DNA of 48,328 nucleotides from Corallochytrium limacisporum Hawaii (Eukaryota > Protista > Pluriformea). The notes beneath the pieces are model-generated. The model was not told the DNA's origin. It searched no databases and saw nothing but the letters and a program-made list of their open reading frames with translations. This document shows, piece by piece, positions 1 through 13,800 of the stretch; position 1 is the stretch's first letter, and each line of letters opens with the position of its first letter. Location: assembly GCA_002811645.1 (NCBI GenBank), contig PDIP01000071.1, forward strand, positions 13,647-61,974. Direction: 5' to 3'. Both the position numbers and the translations under genes were made by a program.

Positions 1-1830
1 GTCAAAATTTTCCCGCTCTCCCAAGCGACGGCAGAGCTAAATCAAAATGAGTAGATTTGATACAATATTCCCAGACAGAGGGTGGTACCTCTTCCCTTCC
101 GTTTGTGCCGCTCAGCCGTTTCACAGCAGCCGGAACAGTCACAACAGCAGTACACTCGGCCTCAGCCGAGGACTCTTCAAAGGATTATGCGCTCATGTTC
201 AGTTCCGGGTCCTAAGCTAGGATCCACGTTGTCTTCGCACAAAATTTCGTTTTCCGTAAGAACTGGTCCCATAGCCAATGCATGGTAATCATGTTCTTCC
301 CGTATGAGTTTCTATTTCCGTTTGTGTCGACCTTCCTTTCCAGTAAATTTTTTTTTTGTTCCCCGTGCCGTCCTTCGGTCCGTGCACTGCTGCTGTCTTA
401 CTGTTCGCTTTGACAAGCTGGAGTGCTAGTCCTGATCCTGGTGGGACTGCAAGGAGCGCTTACTCCAGTACAGACTACAAGTTTTGCATAGCAATGGCAA
501 TTGGCATGAGGAACACTGCTGTCATTCCATGCCCAAAACGAGAGAAGGAGGAGCGACAGACAGCAAAGGTGTCACAGGGGATGAGTAGACTTAAAATAGA
601 GTGTAGAAGTAGTAAAATGGAGCAATGTTCGACTCTTGTGTCTCAAAAGATAGTGGCAAGTGTCTAAGATTGTGCAAGGATTGTTGAGCTGTAGGAGGCA
701 GCTTGGTAGTTTTTATGGGGGCGTAGATTGTGGGGTGAGTGTGCAACTTGTGCACATGGTCTTCCCCCTGTCTCTGTTTGGAGAGCTCTCAGCCGTGAAT
801 GAACATGGGGTTGCATTGGTGATTGGTGTGGCAGTAGCGGAACCTCTGTGGAGAGTTTAGCTAGTTACATTTATGGACGAGAGCGGCTGGGACGTGGTAC
901 TGATGAGAGGGCAGCAACATTTGCTTGCACTTGATAGTTGGTTGGGCGGCTGGTTGTTGTTTGTATTTTCCGTCCCTTGGCAATAAATTTGTCATGAGAT
1001 CACTATGGACTCTTTTTACGACTTGAGTGCGATACTCCCGCTACCTATGTCTTGTGCTCTGTTCCTGTTGAAAGAGCATTGTTGAAGCTTCAGGTGTTGA
1101 CCATAAGAGTCGAACAAGCCACCACCCATGCTTCGGTTCTAATTTGTTGTGGCGGAGAGAGTTGTACGTGACACAGCGTGTTGATTTACCTCTTCTGTGC
1201 CCATACATGCTCTATTTATACCTTGCGCTTCCTTCTCCCTGAGTTACACCACCGAAAGCACATCAGTCCGCTACGAATGGCTGCACATGATTTGAAATGT
1301 GGTTGGGGTGTGCTCACATACTGCTGTTGGCATGAATGGCGTTAGATGTTTAGAACGCCAAGATTAATCAGTTACCATCAGTCCTTATTTCAATACCATG
1401 CCGAGGGTGTTTGATGCCGGATGTCCCATGAATGGTATGCGTGTGTAGGTGATATGATATGATATGTATGTGCTTCGATTGGCACCTCTCCTTGCAGAGT
1501 GTCACTTACTAGATGGGGATGGCTTGTTCAAATACTCTGCATATGGTATAGTTGGTGTGGGTGTGGGTGTTGTGTATCCATTCGTATTAGTTGGACTATA
1601 TAGTACAAAAATTGGGGCGGTGGAGACACATAGACATCTTACTTTCTCTATCTCGCTCTCGTACACCCTATATATTCACACACGCCCATATGTCCACATG
1701 GTACTGGCCGAAAGGATTCTCAAAGCAGAGATGTCTGTTTCAATGCGTTTGTTCTTCAGCCTTTGTTTGAAACACAGGGAGAGAGAGTATGATAAAGTGA
1801 ACCCGAGTGCGAAAGAAAAGTACAAAATTC

Positions 1831-1918
<88 letters not shown>
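1831..1918. repeat. (GA)n microsatellite, about 88 bp with single interruptions
   Basis: Directly visible AG/GA dinucleotide run. It generates the spurious RE/SL-repeat ORFs. Confidence 0.97.
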
Positions 1919-4900
1919 TTGTATGCTGGGACCAAGCGAATCAATGGACACAAGGAGATCAATGAAGAACCTCAGGGCCACACTAGGAATACAGGTTGCT
2001 CTGTGCACCACAGGTGTGGTTGGTTATTCGCCATTTTGTGAACCCCCTTTAGCAAAGAATACTCTGTGTTGCATGAAGTTTACTATGACAGATAGCAGGG
2101 GCCCGTTTACCCTATCTTCATCTTCTTTTATCGCGGTCAAGCTTTTTTTTTCACGTACTAACAAAAGACAAAAAAAGAATCACACAACCTAAGACACAGC
2201 TTGAATATATGGGCGGAAGACTGTGGTATTGGCTGTTCCTGGGGATATCTTTCTTTTGTTTGCCTCGTGAAAAGTTAGGTAGTCTCACACCTGATGCTGT
2301 AATTCACAAACTATAGGAAAATTCTAATCCCAGACATCAGTAAAGTCACTGATCGTTGGCAGACCACAACAAACTCCGATCCAAGTAGCCACGTCCGCAG
2401 GTGTTGTGATCAGGAACTCTAGTACTATATGAATGCAAAACTCTCGTCCGCAGTTGAATGGTCAGCATTTACATCCTATCTCTTCCCACCCCCTCGGAGA
2501 AGGCTCGGCAGTTGAACCCCTGACACTCGCGATGTCAATGGAAACAGTAGATAATCAGGAATAGTGTCCCTTCTTGAATAAACATCACTTCCCTCTATTT
2601 GTTGCGTTTTCTTTTTCTTTTCTGGCACGTACATTTGTTCCTTCCCCAGCTGGATGGATGGGACGATAATTGTAGTGGAGTTCTGTGGCCTCGGAAAACT
2701 TGTTTACCTCTGCTTCCCCTGCTTCCATCTCACCTCCCCCGCACTCTCTCGCATTCTTGTCGTTTCGAACTAATGCCTCCATTCGAGACCTACGCCCACG
2801 CTAAATCCTAAAGAGAGCGGGGAGCATCTTGACCGCGAGGCCGGACAATTCTTGCGTGGCCGTAAGTAAGTATGCGACATCGCACTGATGGGTTCTGTCC
2901 GATGGGGTTACGTGAGAGTGCCAACAAGTCCGCTCTGCCCGCAAGGGACCCACCTCTCCTTCCCTCGATGAGCCGTCTGAGTGCATACATAAAACATGAA
3001 CGTGTTGTCGCGCAATCTTAGTCATAGTTATTGTCGGAAAATGTGAGTGGATTGAGAGCAGCGGTGGCTCACACTGAACCGCCATGTGTATGCGTGGGTT
3101 GATCGAGGAAAAAAGATTTTCTCTATTATTGCCTCCCGTTATCCATAGTAAAGCAGTGCCGCTCGGTGCAGCTCGTAGACCTGTGGGAGGTCCTTGCCCA
3201 TGTGTATACCATGCCTTGAGCAATAGAAAAAAACTTTTCTGTGGTCTATGTGCTTGCCAGTGAGTTTCGGTGTAAACTCACTCACAAGGGTACACGAAAG
3301 TAAGTGGGTGTAGCTCAGATACTGACCATGTTCTTCAGCTCGATCGAAGATTCGTTATGGACGTTGAGAGTATCGGCCGTTGGACCGGTCGCTGGAGAAA
3401 CCAAGTAAACCAAGGAAGCAAGTTCGTTCGTCCGCTGACGAAGTCGCGCATAGACTATTGTTCATCGGAACGGACGTATGAGTCTTTACAGTTCAATTAA
3501 CCTTGGGACCGCAATGGATGCAGGGGAGGGGATTGGAGGCGGTAAGACGAAAGCGGGGGAAATGAGTGCGAGCCCACCTCAACCCCTTCCGCCTCGTATC
3601 ATCCACCAACAGACGAAAATTCCAAACTGTCTGTAGGCTTTGCTAAAGGTTGTTGTATGTCAGTAGGCTCTGACTTAGGTATCTTGGTCAAAGGAGTACG
3701 AACACACAAGTACGGCGAAAGGAGTCTGCCCCAAAACCCGTAATGATGCATGCATGTCGAGTAAGGAGACAGCAATGTGGTGAGGTACTATTGCAATTGT
3801 ACGAGACACTGCCGCGCTGCCAAGTCACATATGAACATGAAACAAATTGCAAGTACGGACCCACTGCCAGCTCCTTGTCACTCTCACAGGGCCGTGTTTG
3901 GGCAACAGTAGCGATATAAGTCTTTTCATATCCTCTGGATATGTTGGTGTGAGATGCTGTATGTTTCATTAGCAGCAGCAGTACATCTCATCATCGATAG
4001 ATCTCACTCTCACTCTCTGGCAACGCAAATAGAGATAAAAGGCAGCCGCGACAGTGCCAAGCTGGGATAGTTTGGTGGATGCTGGCGCTGCTGAGTGCCC
4101 GCTGAACCACCAGCAGCCCCCGACACAAGGCTCTAATGAACTGACAGAAAGCAAAGGAACCCCGCAACAATCACTCGCTGGTGGTTGCGTGTATTATTAC
4201 GTGTTCACCCTCAGTCTTGACCAAAGGAGAGCGTAAAAATAGAAAACTGAACGTCCTCTCGCCCTCCCCCCCCCCTCCTCTCCCCAGAAAAAAGGAAGGC
4301 CGACGTTGCCAAAACCACAAAGACCGGTGTTGGGTGCATATCCAGTATTGAATGTATACAATCCCCTCCGGGGACACATGACCCCCCTTCCTTTTTCTTC
4401 TCTTTTCTCGCGTGCCTTTCGACAGTAGGGGACATCTTGGGTGTCTTTGGTGGGTGGGTTGGATAACAGAGGTTCGCTGTATTGTTCTCATTCCGTGTGG
4501 AAAACTTCAAATAGAATACCGTAGAGAACTTTTTACATAACGGGTTGAATATTCTATGTTAATGTCTATACATGAGGGATATCTGAAGAACGTGGAATGG
4601 GCAACGTGCAAAATACGTAGTTCTAGCTAGCACGACAGCAGGGAAGGAGTTTGGGCTCCAGAGACAAGCAGAACCATTCCTTCTTTGGCCTCACGAAACG
4701 CTTTATGGTCAATCGCTCCTCCCCAAACTCTCTCACAGTCCAGCACAGAGCCAGCAAACTCCGTTGCCGGTGATGTACGTGCGCACACACAAGGGTCTCC
4801 TTCCGTCCATCCTTCTTCTTTACTTTCTCACTTTCGACAGGTAAATGCGTAAGCCATTGACTATAGAAGGCTTTCACATGTTGGTTGCTGCCCTTGCCCA

Positions 4901-7900
4901 AGCATAATGAGCTTCGTGTGGGCTGTAAAGTAAGCCCCCGTGAAGACTTTTTGTAATTACGGACTTACAGAGCGGCTCTACGCTACTCAAACGGAGAGCA
5001 AAGAGAAGCCGAACGATTTCAGTTCTTGTGTGTAGCAAACATGCGGCTTATGTGCTCGACATGAACACACCACTCAATATAAAATATGAAGAGCATGTAC
5101 GTGAATGTGCGCATAGGGGACTCGCACACCACTCTATAAAGTGCGCTGGTTGCATGCCCGAGGTGCAAGGAGGCACACGTACGTAAGTTATCGTGCTCTC
5201 CCGCCTATATGTCACTATCTGCACATGGCACTGTCACACAAAGAGGGCTCAACTCACATGAAGAGACATACCAATTTAGATCCCAATCGCTCAACTCGGA
5301 CCGGCAGCTTATATCCCTATGGAAATGACCATGGCTGGGTGGGAGGCAGAGATTAGCGCGCCCGGCTCATTCCTTTTCTAGCCCATGGCTTGCACACTAT
5401 GTTTCAAACGCAAAAGGGTGTAGGTGGATGGTTGTGGTGGTCGCGTCTGACACTTTAAACAGTCACTAATTTTTTGGTAACTTCTCATAGATTGCATTGG
5501 GTTCAAAACAATGCGGGGGCGGGAGAAAGAGAAGCTCTGGAGTCTCGCTTTTCTCTCTGGGGGCGGATGAAAACGGAACGGTGCAGACCAGAGTGGCTAT
5601 ACATTCAAAGTGAGCCATTTAATCAAACCCAAGAAAATCTGTTTGTTGTTGAGCTGGCAACTGTTTATGTTGGAGCTTGATGATGCTGCTGAAACATTCG
5701 GGGAAGATCCAACCACTGCTCAGCGAATGAACAGGGAGAACGGAAGGCCCGGTGCGTCTGTGATGAGCCTGGGTCATTTCGTGTCACTTCCTTGGACATG
5801 CAATGAAGGCATCCACAACGATCAACGACGAGACTAGATGACAAATTCAACATTCCAAAGTGCGAGTAGGAGTGGCGGACTTTTCGGAGTCTACAGAAAA
5901 CGGAAGTTGACAAGCTGTGAGACAGATTCACCCGTAACGGCGCCGTCCGATTTGCACGCCGCGTCCTACAGTTTGAGGAGCATAGGTATATAGGTGATGG
6001 ATGGTGTCCGTGTGTTTGTCGTAGGTACACATTCCATAGGACACAGATACGTCCTCCGGAGTTCATTACATCTTGGGTAGAATATTTGTTCAATGGCAAC
6101 CAATGTACACAACTTTTTGACCATTCCTGACGAGTTTGACAGGTGCTTCTTTTGCTGCCATTTTCGGCTGGTTCGCTTTTTTTTTGTTTTCGTGGGCTAT
6201 CTCTTTCATCGGCTCTGTCCATAGCAGCACCAGAGGAATAGAATGTTAGTGTCCCAATTTTGCGATCGGTGACCAGTTCCCCCGGTCGGGCTTCGTTACG
6301 TATCATCTGTTCCCAGTGTTTCAGACTGACCCCCTTTAAGGAGCAAGTCCGTGCGGTGTACAAGCTGCGCCTATTAGGGTAAGGAATTAGAAATCGTTCT
6401 GTTCAAAGATAAATGAAATATGTATATAATGATCTCGTCTATTTTGCTATATAACGGATGTACAGCCATAGGAACCCGATGTAACTTCATTCCAATGTAG
6501 AAACGCATATATTCAGTATTGTGGCCAGACTTCTCCAATCTAGTTGAGCCAGTAACTCAACTAGTTGTGCAACGCGGTACCTACCAACAGATCTTCTGAT
6601 GGCTGCTTGTGAGTTTCTGGCGTCTAGACAGCGAATGCTGCAGACCGAGGTTACTACCCAGCGGCATTGATGTATCAGCTGCAACACATCACAGCTTCAA
6701 ATTTGTACTTTGCACTGGGAGCTCGTGCCGAAGCCACCATACAGAATTTGAAAGGCCCAAGGTGACAAGAGCCTTACGTTAAACCTCAAAGAGCCGTGAC
6801 GTCGGAAACAGGAGAAGGTAGTTTTCTCACCGCGCGATGGCAGCACTGATGCTCCTTAACAGTATTCACGAGTGTTGGATTGTTAGAAAAAAACATGCTA
6901 ACGGACCTCCCTTTGTTGCTGCATTTGATTGTACATTTACCGCGGACGGGGATATGTTTGAGGCGTCTTGGGGTGTGGCTGTTACGTTCGCTTTCCTGTA
7001 CCCAATTCAGTTTCATTTCGTTGGATAATTGGTCGTGCAAGCACGCATATGAGTTTGGCATTGATGTCCCTTCCTATGGTGTTCCTTCTCTTTGACAACT
7101 GTCTCGTTTTCACGTACGCGCACCTTATAGGACCGCGCCTTCCACCACACTCCCAACTGCCTGTCTTTTGTTCTATGTCCTAAGATGCTCGAGGTCGCCT
7201 TCTCGAGGAACCTATTGTTCGATGGATCGCATAACTGAGGGCTTATGACCACTGCAAGCGGAGAAGAAGTCAAAGAGCACACTCTTAGCTGCGAGTGACT
7301 GTTTACTCTCTCACCGGGGACTCAAAGCGAACAGAGCAGCGAGGAAGAGCCAGACAAGCCGAAAGACGGCCGGGGTTGTCCAATATCATTCTACACGTGC
7401 AGCTATCGCTCTGACGTCTACTGATGTGTTGTTTTCTGCTCTGTTCTGGTGATATCGGGCCAGACCCTTAGAAAACGACAACCAGAAAATCAGGACAAAG
7501 CGATAGTGAAGGCACGCCGGATGTTTATGGCTCCCGTCCACCGCATCCAATAGTAACCAACACTCACAGCAGTCTCTTTGCGAAAGAGTGCCCACCCCCA
7601 ATATCTCAAGAAAGCACGGCTAATTGTACTAATGGGGTTCATTACCAAATGGCTTCAGGGTGGGTATATAAAACATTAATATCACGTATAGCTCTCTTCG
7701 CCGGTTGGCAAGCCGACGACCCAAACAGATTGGTACGGTTGTGCCAGATAGCACGGTCCTCGCTCGCGCCCAAAATAAAACTGTCCACTGGCATACTCTG
7801 ACAGCAAGAGGTGTTCTGTTTTACCCTTTTTTGTCCTGGGAGTCGCGGTAACGCGAACGGTCAAGATAGCCGGAAGACCGGAGATGAGGAGACAGGAGCA

Positions 7901-10012
7901 AAATTTTCCCTGCGTTTTACTGGCGTATTGGCTACTAATTAGTTTTCTCGGTGGGTCAATCACTGCTGACCGGCAATTGTCATGTGCTCCTATCAAAAGA
8001 AGTAAATGTTCACCAGCTAGCTAATTGAGCGCATCCAAAAGGCGTAACTCTGATTCGGATCAATTTATATTCTTTGTCACAATTTTGATGCTTCTGACAG
8101 TCATCTCCCTTGCCGGAATATGCGATTATCGTGATGACTTTGCACTAAATATATTATAGTGCACCTGTGCCAATGTTCAATAAGTTTCTGGACAGGTTTA
8201 CTTTGTTGCGCTGTCGCAATTTGCGATTATCTGTTCTGGCCAATGTCCAACATCTGGGATGAAGTGGCAATTGTCAGCAGTAGAATCGATGACCATGCGT
8301 CCACACCGTCCCCCTGCTACTACAAACGGAAGGTTCAATAACATTGCATGCACGATCACCTTGCACAAACAAAACAGCGAATCAAATAGAAGGCGATCAT
8401 GAACAGAAAGACCCCTTGAAAGGATGTAGCTGTTGCGAGCGGGATCTCCTTGTTTCGTTCTCTCTTAGGTGTAGCAAGACGAACGAGTTTCCTGCTTCTG
8501 AGCAGAAAACCATGGCACTATGCTTTCTCTTGTATCTTCTTTGTCCACCAATAGATTTTATAGGAGTTGACGCAGTATGTTTAAAATTCCGCAACTCTTC
8601 TAAATCTCTTCTTGCGCATGTGGCGATCGCACGAGAGTGGTTGTGTAACACTTCCGTATGAGCTGAAGGAAACGACCCATAATTCCCTTCACATTGTTCG
8701 GCCTAATTTACAGAAACGAAACAAATAAGAACATCGACTGCGGTGGGGGGTTCTAGGCTTGTTTCCCGTTTCATATTGTGAGAACGATGGATGACTTTGA
8801 TAAACTTCCCAGGAGTGACGCACTCACCGTTCGATATCACCGAAATTCGTGAAGAGGTTTTCGAAGGCCATACTGTTGCTTTTACGTAGCTGATGTAATC
8901 CATATTGGGTGGCCCAAGGTTTTGAATTCATTTGTGAAGGTGAAGCCGAGGAACCCCTTCAGACAATACTGGAACCTGTGAACGTATCGTGCGGACGTTC
9001 TTTTCTTCGATGGTAGAACTTACAGCGCATTCAGTTGTTCGTACATAGGTATGCAGGCTGGAACTGTTCGGTGATCCGTTTTTCTGTGGATGACTCCCGA
9101 TACGCTCATTATGTACAGTCCGTGACGGAGGTTTGGGGACACTGACACGTCTGACCGTGTCCGTTCCCGCGATCTATGCTCGCGATTTGATTTGTGATGA
9201 GAGTCTTTTGTGCTAGCGAAATCCGAGTACTCCACAGGTGTGTGCGCCGGTGATACAGCAATAAAACCTGCTTTTATCAAATCTCGAGACAACTGAAGCT
9301 CGTACCTCATCGTATAATAGTCGTAGAATGGGTTGGTAGCTGAGCACAGGCATGGCCTTCACTGTTAGCCTACAGGAGCCGAGTGAGAGTTTTGTCCAAC
9401 AGGTTCGGCTCTTTTGTACGACATTCTTCTTCTCCAGGCAGTGTGAGCGCACGCATATTCAGTATGGGTCAAAGGTGGTCAAGTATGTCTCGAGGAGCAT
9501 AGTACAAGCCTGCAGAACGAAACACACAGAAGCGTTTCTCACTTCTTAACCTTCCACTGTCAACCGCACGTGTTATATAGATTTGGACATTGACAGTGTA
9601 ATGTGAACACAGCGAAAGAGCGAGAATTCGAGAGTATACGATTTGCAGGTCTGGGGCTTTTGATGGTGGTTACTGGAATGCAATCTTTGACTCTAAATGC
9701 GTAATTTGACCTACAGCAATTGCGGAACGGGCGCGAACACAGCGCAACATACCCACAGGGAAGCAAACGCTCAGTAGCATTCTAGATGGGGGAGCATAAC
9801 TTAGATCTTTGAAGCAGAAGAGAGTTGTTTCTGAGTCTCTCCTCACCCCGGGTTTATGTCTTGTTTTTGTGACCCCATTCGCGGTGTTGTCGGCTAGCCG
9901 AACGAGATTGGAGGACGTCCATTTGGACGATTAGTCATACACCAATTTCCTACTTGAATGCGTACGCTATACATTGGCTATGTCAGTGTTGAAGTGGGGA
10001 CAGAGATTTTTT

Positions 10013-10828
10013 TTACCGCGGAGGAACGAGAGGATGCCGGCTGGGATACTGTCCATGGTGCAAGCAGCGGCAACTGTGAGAGCTGCATGCTGGCTGCGTG
10101 CTCAGTACCCACCTTCGTTTTGGGGCTTGCGTGCGACCGTTGTTCGCCAGAGCAAGCAGCACAGCTACGATAATGGCCGAAGTCTCCTGCTCAGACCTCT
10201 GATATTCCAACTCTGCTGCCATGTCTCTGGTTTTGGCCGGATTCTACAAAATGCTGTCATTGTGTCCCGAAGCCGCAGATACTGCAGCGGAGACGGGTTC
10301 TGTCCCACCGTAACTGTCCGGGACTGTGTTCCTGTACGTAAATGCTGTCGTCGACTACAACAGAAATTGCTCTTCCTGGTCACGGTCTCAAGCTCCTTCA
10401 AGTCTGTGTTTCGTAGTTTTCCGCTGTTGGGTCACCATCAAGTACATCCTTCCTTGGTAGCTCCGGTTCTCAAGAATGTTTGCAGCGATGCACATGCACG
10501 GAACAATATATTGACGTATGGCCTCATCAAGAGACAAGCCACAAGAACTCGCCTTTACCCATATCCACACTAGGCTCTCCTTGTCCAACCGATGTTGTAT
10601 TGCTTTGTGAACAGTGCAAGAGGTCTCGAGAGATCTCCTCTTCGTGCACGATCTCTCTTCAAAGGTTCCATTCCAGAGAGATCGCGCAGTGAAGCTTCTG
10701 TGGTGCGTGCGGTGGCTATCTTTAGAGGACACCAAGTCAGCAAGCTGTGCAGGGGGGCCGAGTCGACGAAACTTCGCGAGCCGTGCAAAAAGGTGAGACG
10801 TAGTAGACCCACTGAGTGTTTTGTTCAA
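10013..10828 (-). pseudogene. Possible decayed orphan ORF (one frame, three internal stops)
   Basis: ORFs 10388-10828 and 10013-10222 share a frame. The linker reads as protein-like sequence with one TGA and two TAG. No family recognised. Confidence 0.2.
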
Positions 10829-13800
10829 AATTCAAATATAACTGTCCACTCTTTCTGATCGATTCCGGGCATCAGTGCTTCCGTAGAAAAGTGGGTTGAG
10901 TGTGGCCCAGGTTCTTAGACCAAACAGCGCGCACACACCAACAGAGACTGTCCCATCGCTGATGCTGCTGACGGTGGAAAGAATTCAGAAATATTGCCAG
11001 CCATCAGGGGCTCTCTGCTGACAGAATGCATTTCAGCTGGCGACCGATCATTCAATGTCGTCCGCATTCCAGTGGTCAGCGGCAAACTATAGGAATTAGC
11101 CCAAAGAATTCCATTGAGATACAGGGGCTACATCACAACGGGCTTGTTGCTGTTTATCTGCACAGCAACTATTGGCGAGGGATGAGTGTACCACAATCCG
11201 CCAAACAGCCCACATCGCAGCCACCTTCCAAAATGGAAACGACCGCGACCGAAACGGGATAATGACGGTCCATAAGAGCGATAGACACGCAACATACCTC
11301 GTTTCAATTGACCTGTTGTGCCACTAGGTCGATCCGTCTTAGCACGCAAGTTCTGTTTTGTGATAAAACATTCCGTGTCTCTTCCGTGCTCACTTAAATT
11401 CGTACAATTTCATCGCCCCAAGTATTTGCTACCTTCTCCTCATACTGAATGGATAGGGTCTCTGCGCAATATTTCATCACTACTACCACTATCTTTGCTA
11501 TCCGGTATGTGATAGTTTGGGTTGTGTGCCCTTGCTCGCATTCTCAATCCGTGCTCCTCCTCCCCTCTTCTCTTATGCTCATTTCTGTTTCTTTCTCTCT
11601 CTCTCGCATCGAGAGCAAGAAAAATAGTAGGGGCTGCCACCCCCTCCACCCTCTCTCCTCCCACTCTTTCTGTAGCACTCGTCGCCCACCACAGGGGCAG
11701 GCAGGCATCCCAACCGCCAACATCACCCACCCACAGGCAAGCGTGATGAATTCTTTAAACAAAAGGGAAGTTGGTTTCAACTTTTCACGAAGACTCGACT
11801 CGAAGGTTTCCAGTACAGAACAATGCTCTAGCAGAACTTCATCTCAGGCAGAGGTGCAAGCGAAGGAACCCTCGCCCACAACCGTAAGCGTACGCTCCCC
11901 TCCCACAATACACTTCATTCGTCACCGTCAAGCACTTCCACCTAGCTCTTTACATTCATACATTATGTATTGGAATTGCGCGGGCAGATTTCACCTCGGT
12001 ATGTCCGTTCCCCGTCACTTGGGGGCCTGGCCCGCCCCCTCTGCCTCGCCTCTGCTGTCCAAGTGCTTTTCGCATAGTCAAGCAAGCGTGCTTTGACTCG
12101 CCTACGCAAACAAGTGGACACGACCAACCTACACCAGAGAGTAGAAAAGCCGAGGGAGTAGAAGGGGGCGGTTTCGTAGACTTAGGGTAGAGGGAGTTAA
12201 CCCCTCCCGTGGTCGCTTTGAGGGGCCTCGATTTTGTTGGACAAAGAGAAAAAAAAACTGTGGGAGCGCGGCGTGCTTCGCTTGCACTGTTGTTTGTGTC
12301 AGTATTTCTTATATGAAAAAAAAACAATTTTTCGACACGACACACTTAACCAGAGGGAGTTTGTATCGGACGTAACGAAAACAAAACATTTTACTTAAAA
12401 AATTTACTTTACTTCTGAGCTTGCATGAGATATGAAGGACAAAACATGTAGTAACCCCGTGTGTGATATCTATGGTTTTCTTCATCGCAGAAGATCTAAG
12501 GCTGCCCTCGAGGAGACCGAGCCCCGTTTCCTTGATGATGAAAGTGGCTTTGGCGCAATACCGGGCCTGCATCAGCCGTGCGGGCATCGGAGCTTGGCAG
12601 ACACCGGAAAGACAATTATAAGTCTACCTGAGTTGAAATCCACAGGCGTTTCGTGCCTTTTATTTTTCATTCACACATTTTATGCCTTTGGACAACGCAA
12701 GACGTGTCTGTTGCACTGCGATTTCGGCTGCAAGTGGAGAGGTGCACTCGCCAATGATATCAATCGTCCCTCGAGGCTCCCACCCAATGTATGACTGCGC
12801 ACAATGCTGTAGTGCTGGAGCAGGTTTGTAGCAGTAAATGAGGACATCACCAACGATTCTTTCTTCAGAGGCACACTCAGGGTGAGCCCAAATGCTGCTG
12901 CCCATGCACGAACAGATGCCACCAGTTGCTTCGATCAGCTGTGGAAAACACTGCGACAGCACAGATCCTGCCATGAACTTCCAGCTTACTTTGACATCAG
13001 GTTGGGCGATAGCTAGAATGATGAACGAGTTATCATGTAGAACTTGAACAGCTGATGATGTATGCCACATCACAGTGAGTTCTAGTAGAGAAACTCCTGG
13101 GCGACCTGGTTCGCAGTGTTTGGAAGTGGTTCAATTTCGAAGCGACTACGCACAGCTCTCGGAGACTCGAGACACGCGTCCGATCCCATGACCGCCCACT
13201 GGTTTGGTTCCTGCGTTTGGATAAGTTTCTACCCATCGGGTTTACAGCCATCGTCATCATCAGGCACACCCATCACTCAAAGAGCTATGATCACCGGGGC
13301 GGATCACATATACTGTAGAATGATCAGCTGTGGCTGAATTCGTGAGTAAGCGACGATGGCGCGTTGCCGCTGTGATTGTGTGGGCATGCTCCAAGATGCT
13401 TGTGCTTCCTTGTCGGGTTTAATGCGATATTGAGAGCGCCTCAACAACGGAGTGGCCAGAAAGCATCCCAGGTGCTAGATCCGCATACGCAAATGGTCCT
13501 CAATTACGTACCGGCATGCTGTGTACCTAGGGAATATACTATACGGCAGCTGTTTGCTCAAAGGAACTTTGCAGATCGTCACACCGCCTAACGAAGGTTA
13601 CTGTCAGGTAGCTGACATCTGATGCTCCACCTGCCAACAGGGGCGTCCTTTGTTGTACTATGAATCGCCTAGAGCGTGGTGATCATGTTCAAGGCGGCCG
13701 TGCGCAATCTTCGGGGGTTACCATAATTCGGTGTTCACCGCTTAAGAAAAGGACACACCAAAAAGGAACCCTCCGTTGCCTATTGTAGAAGTCGCTTGTG

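Noticed and set aside
1464-2192. 242-aa ORF and antisense SL-repeat ORFs
   Set aside because: The frames stay open because of the (GA)n microsatellite. No domain or codon bias.
8840-8860. AAATTCGTGAAG resembling the U6 snRNA 3' part
   Set aside because: The ACAGAGA box and the rest of U6 are absent.
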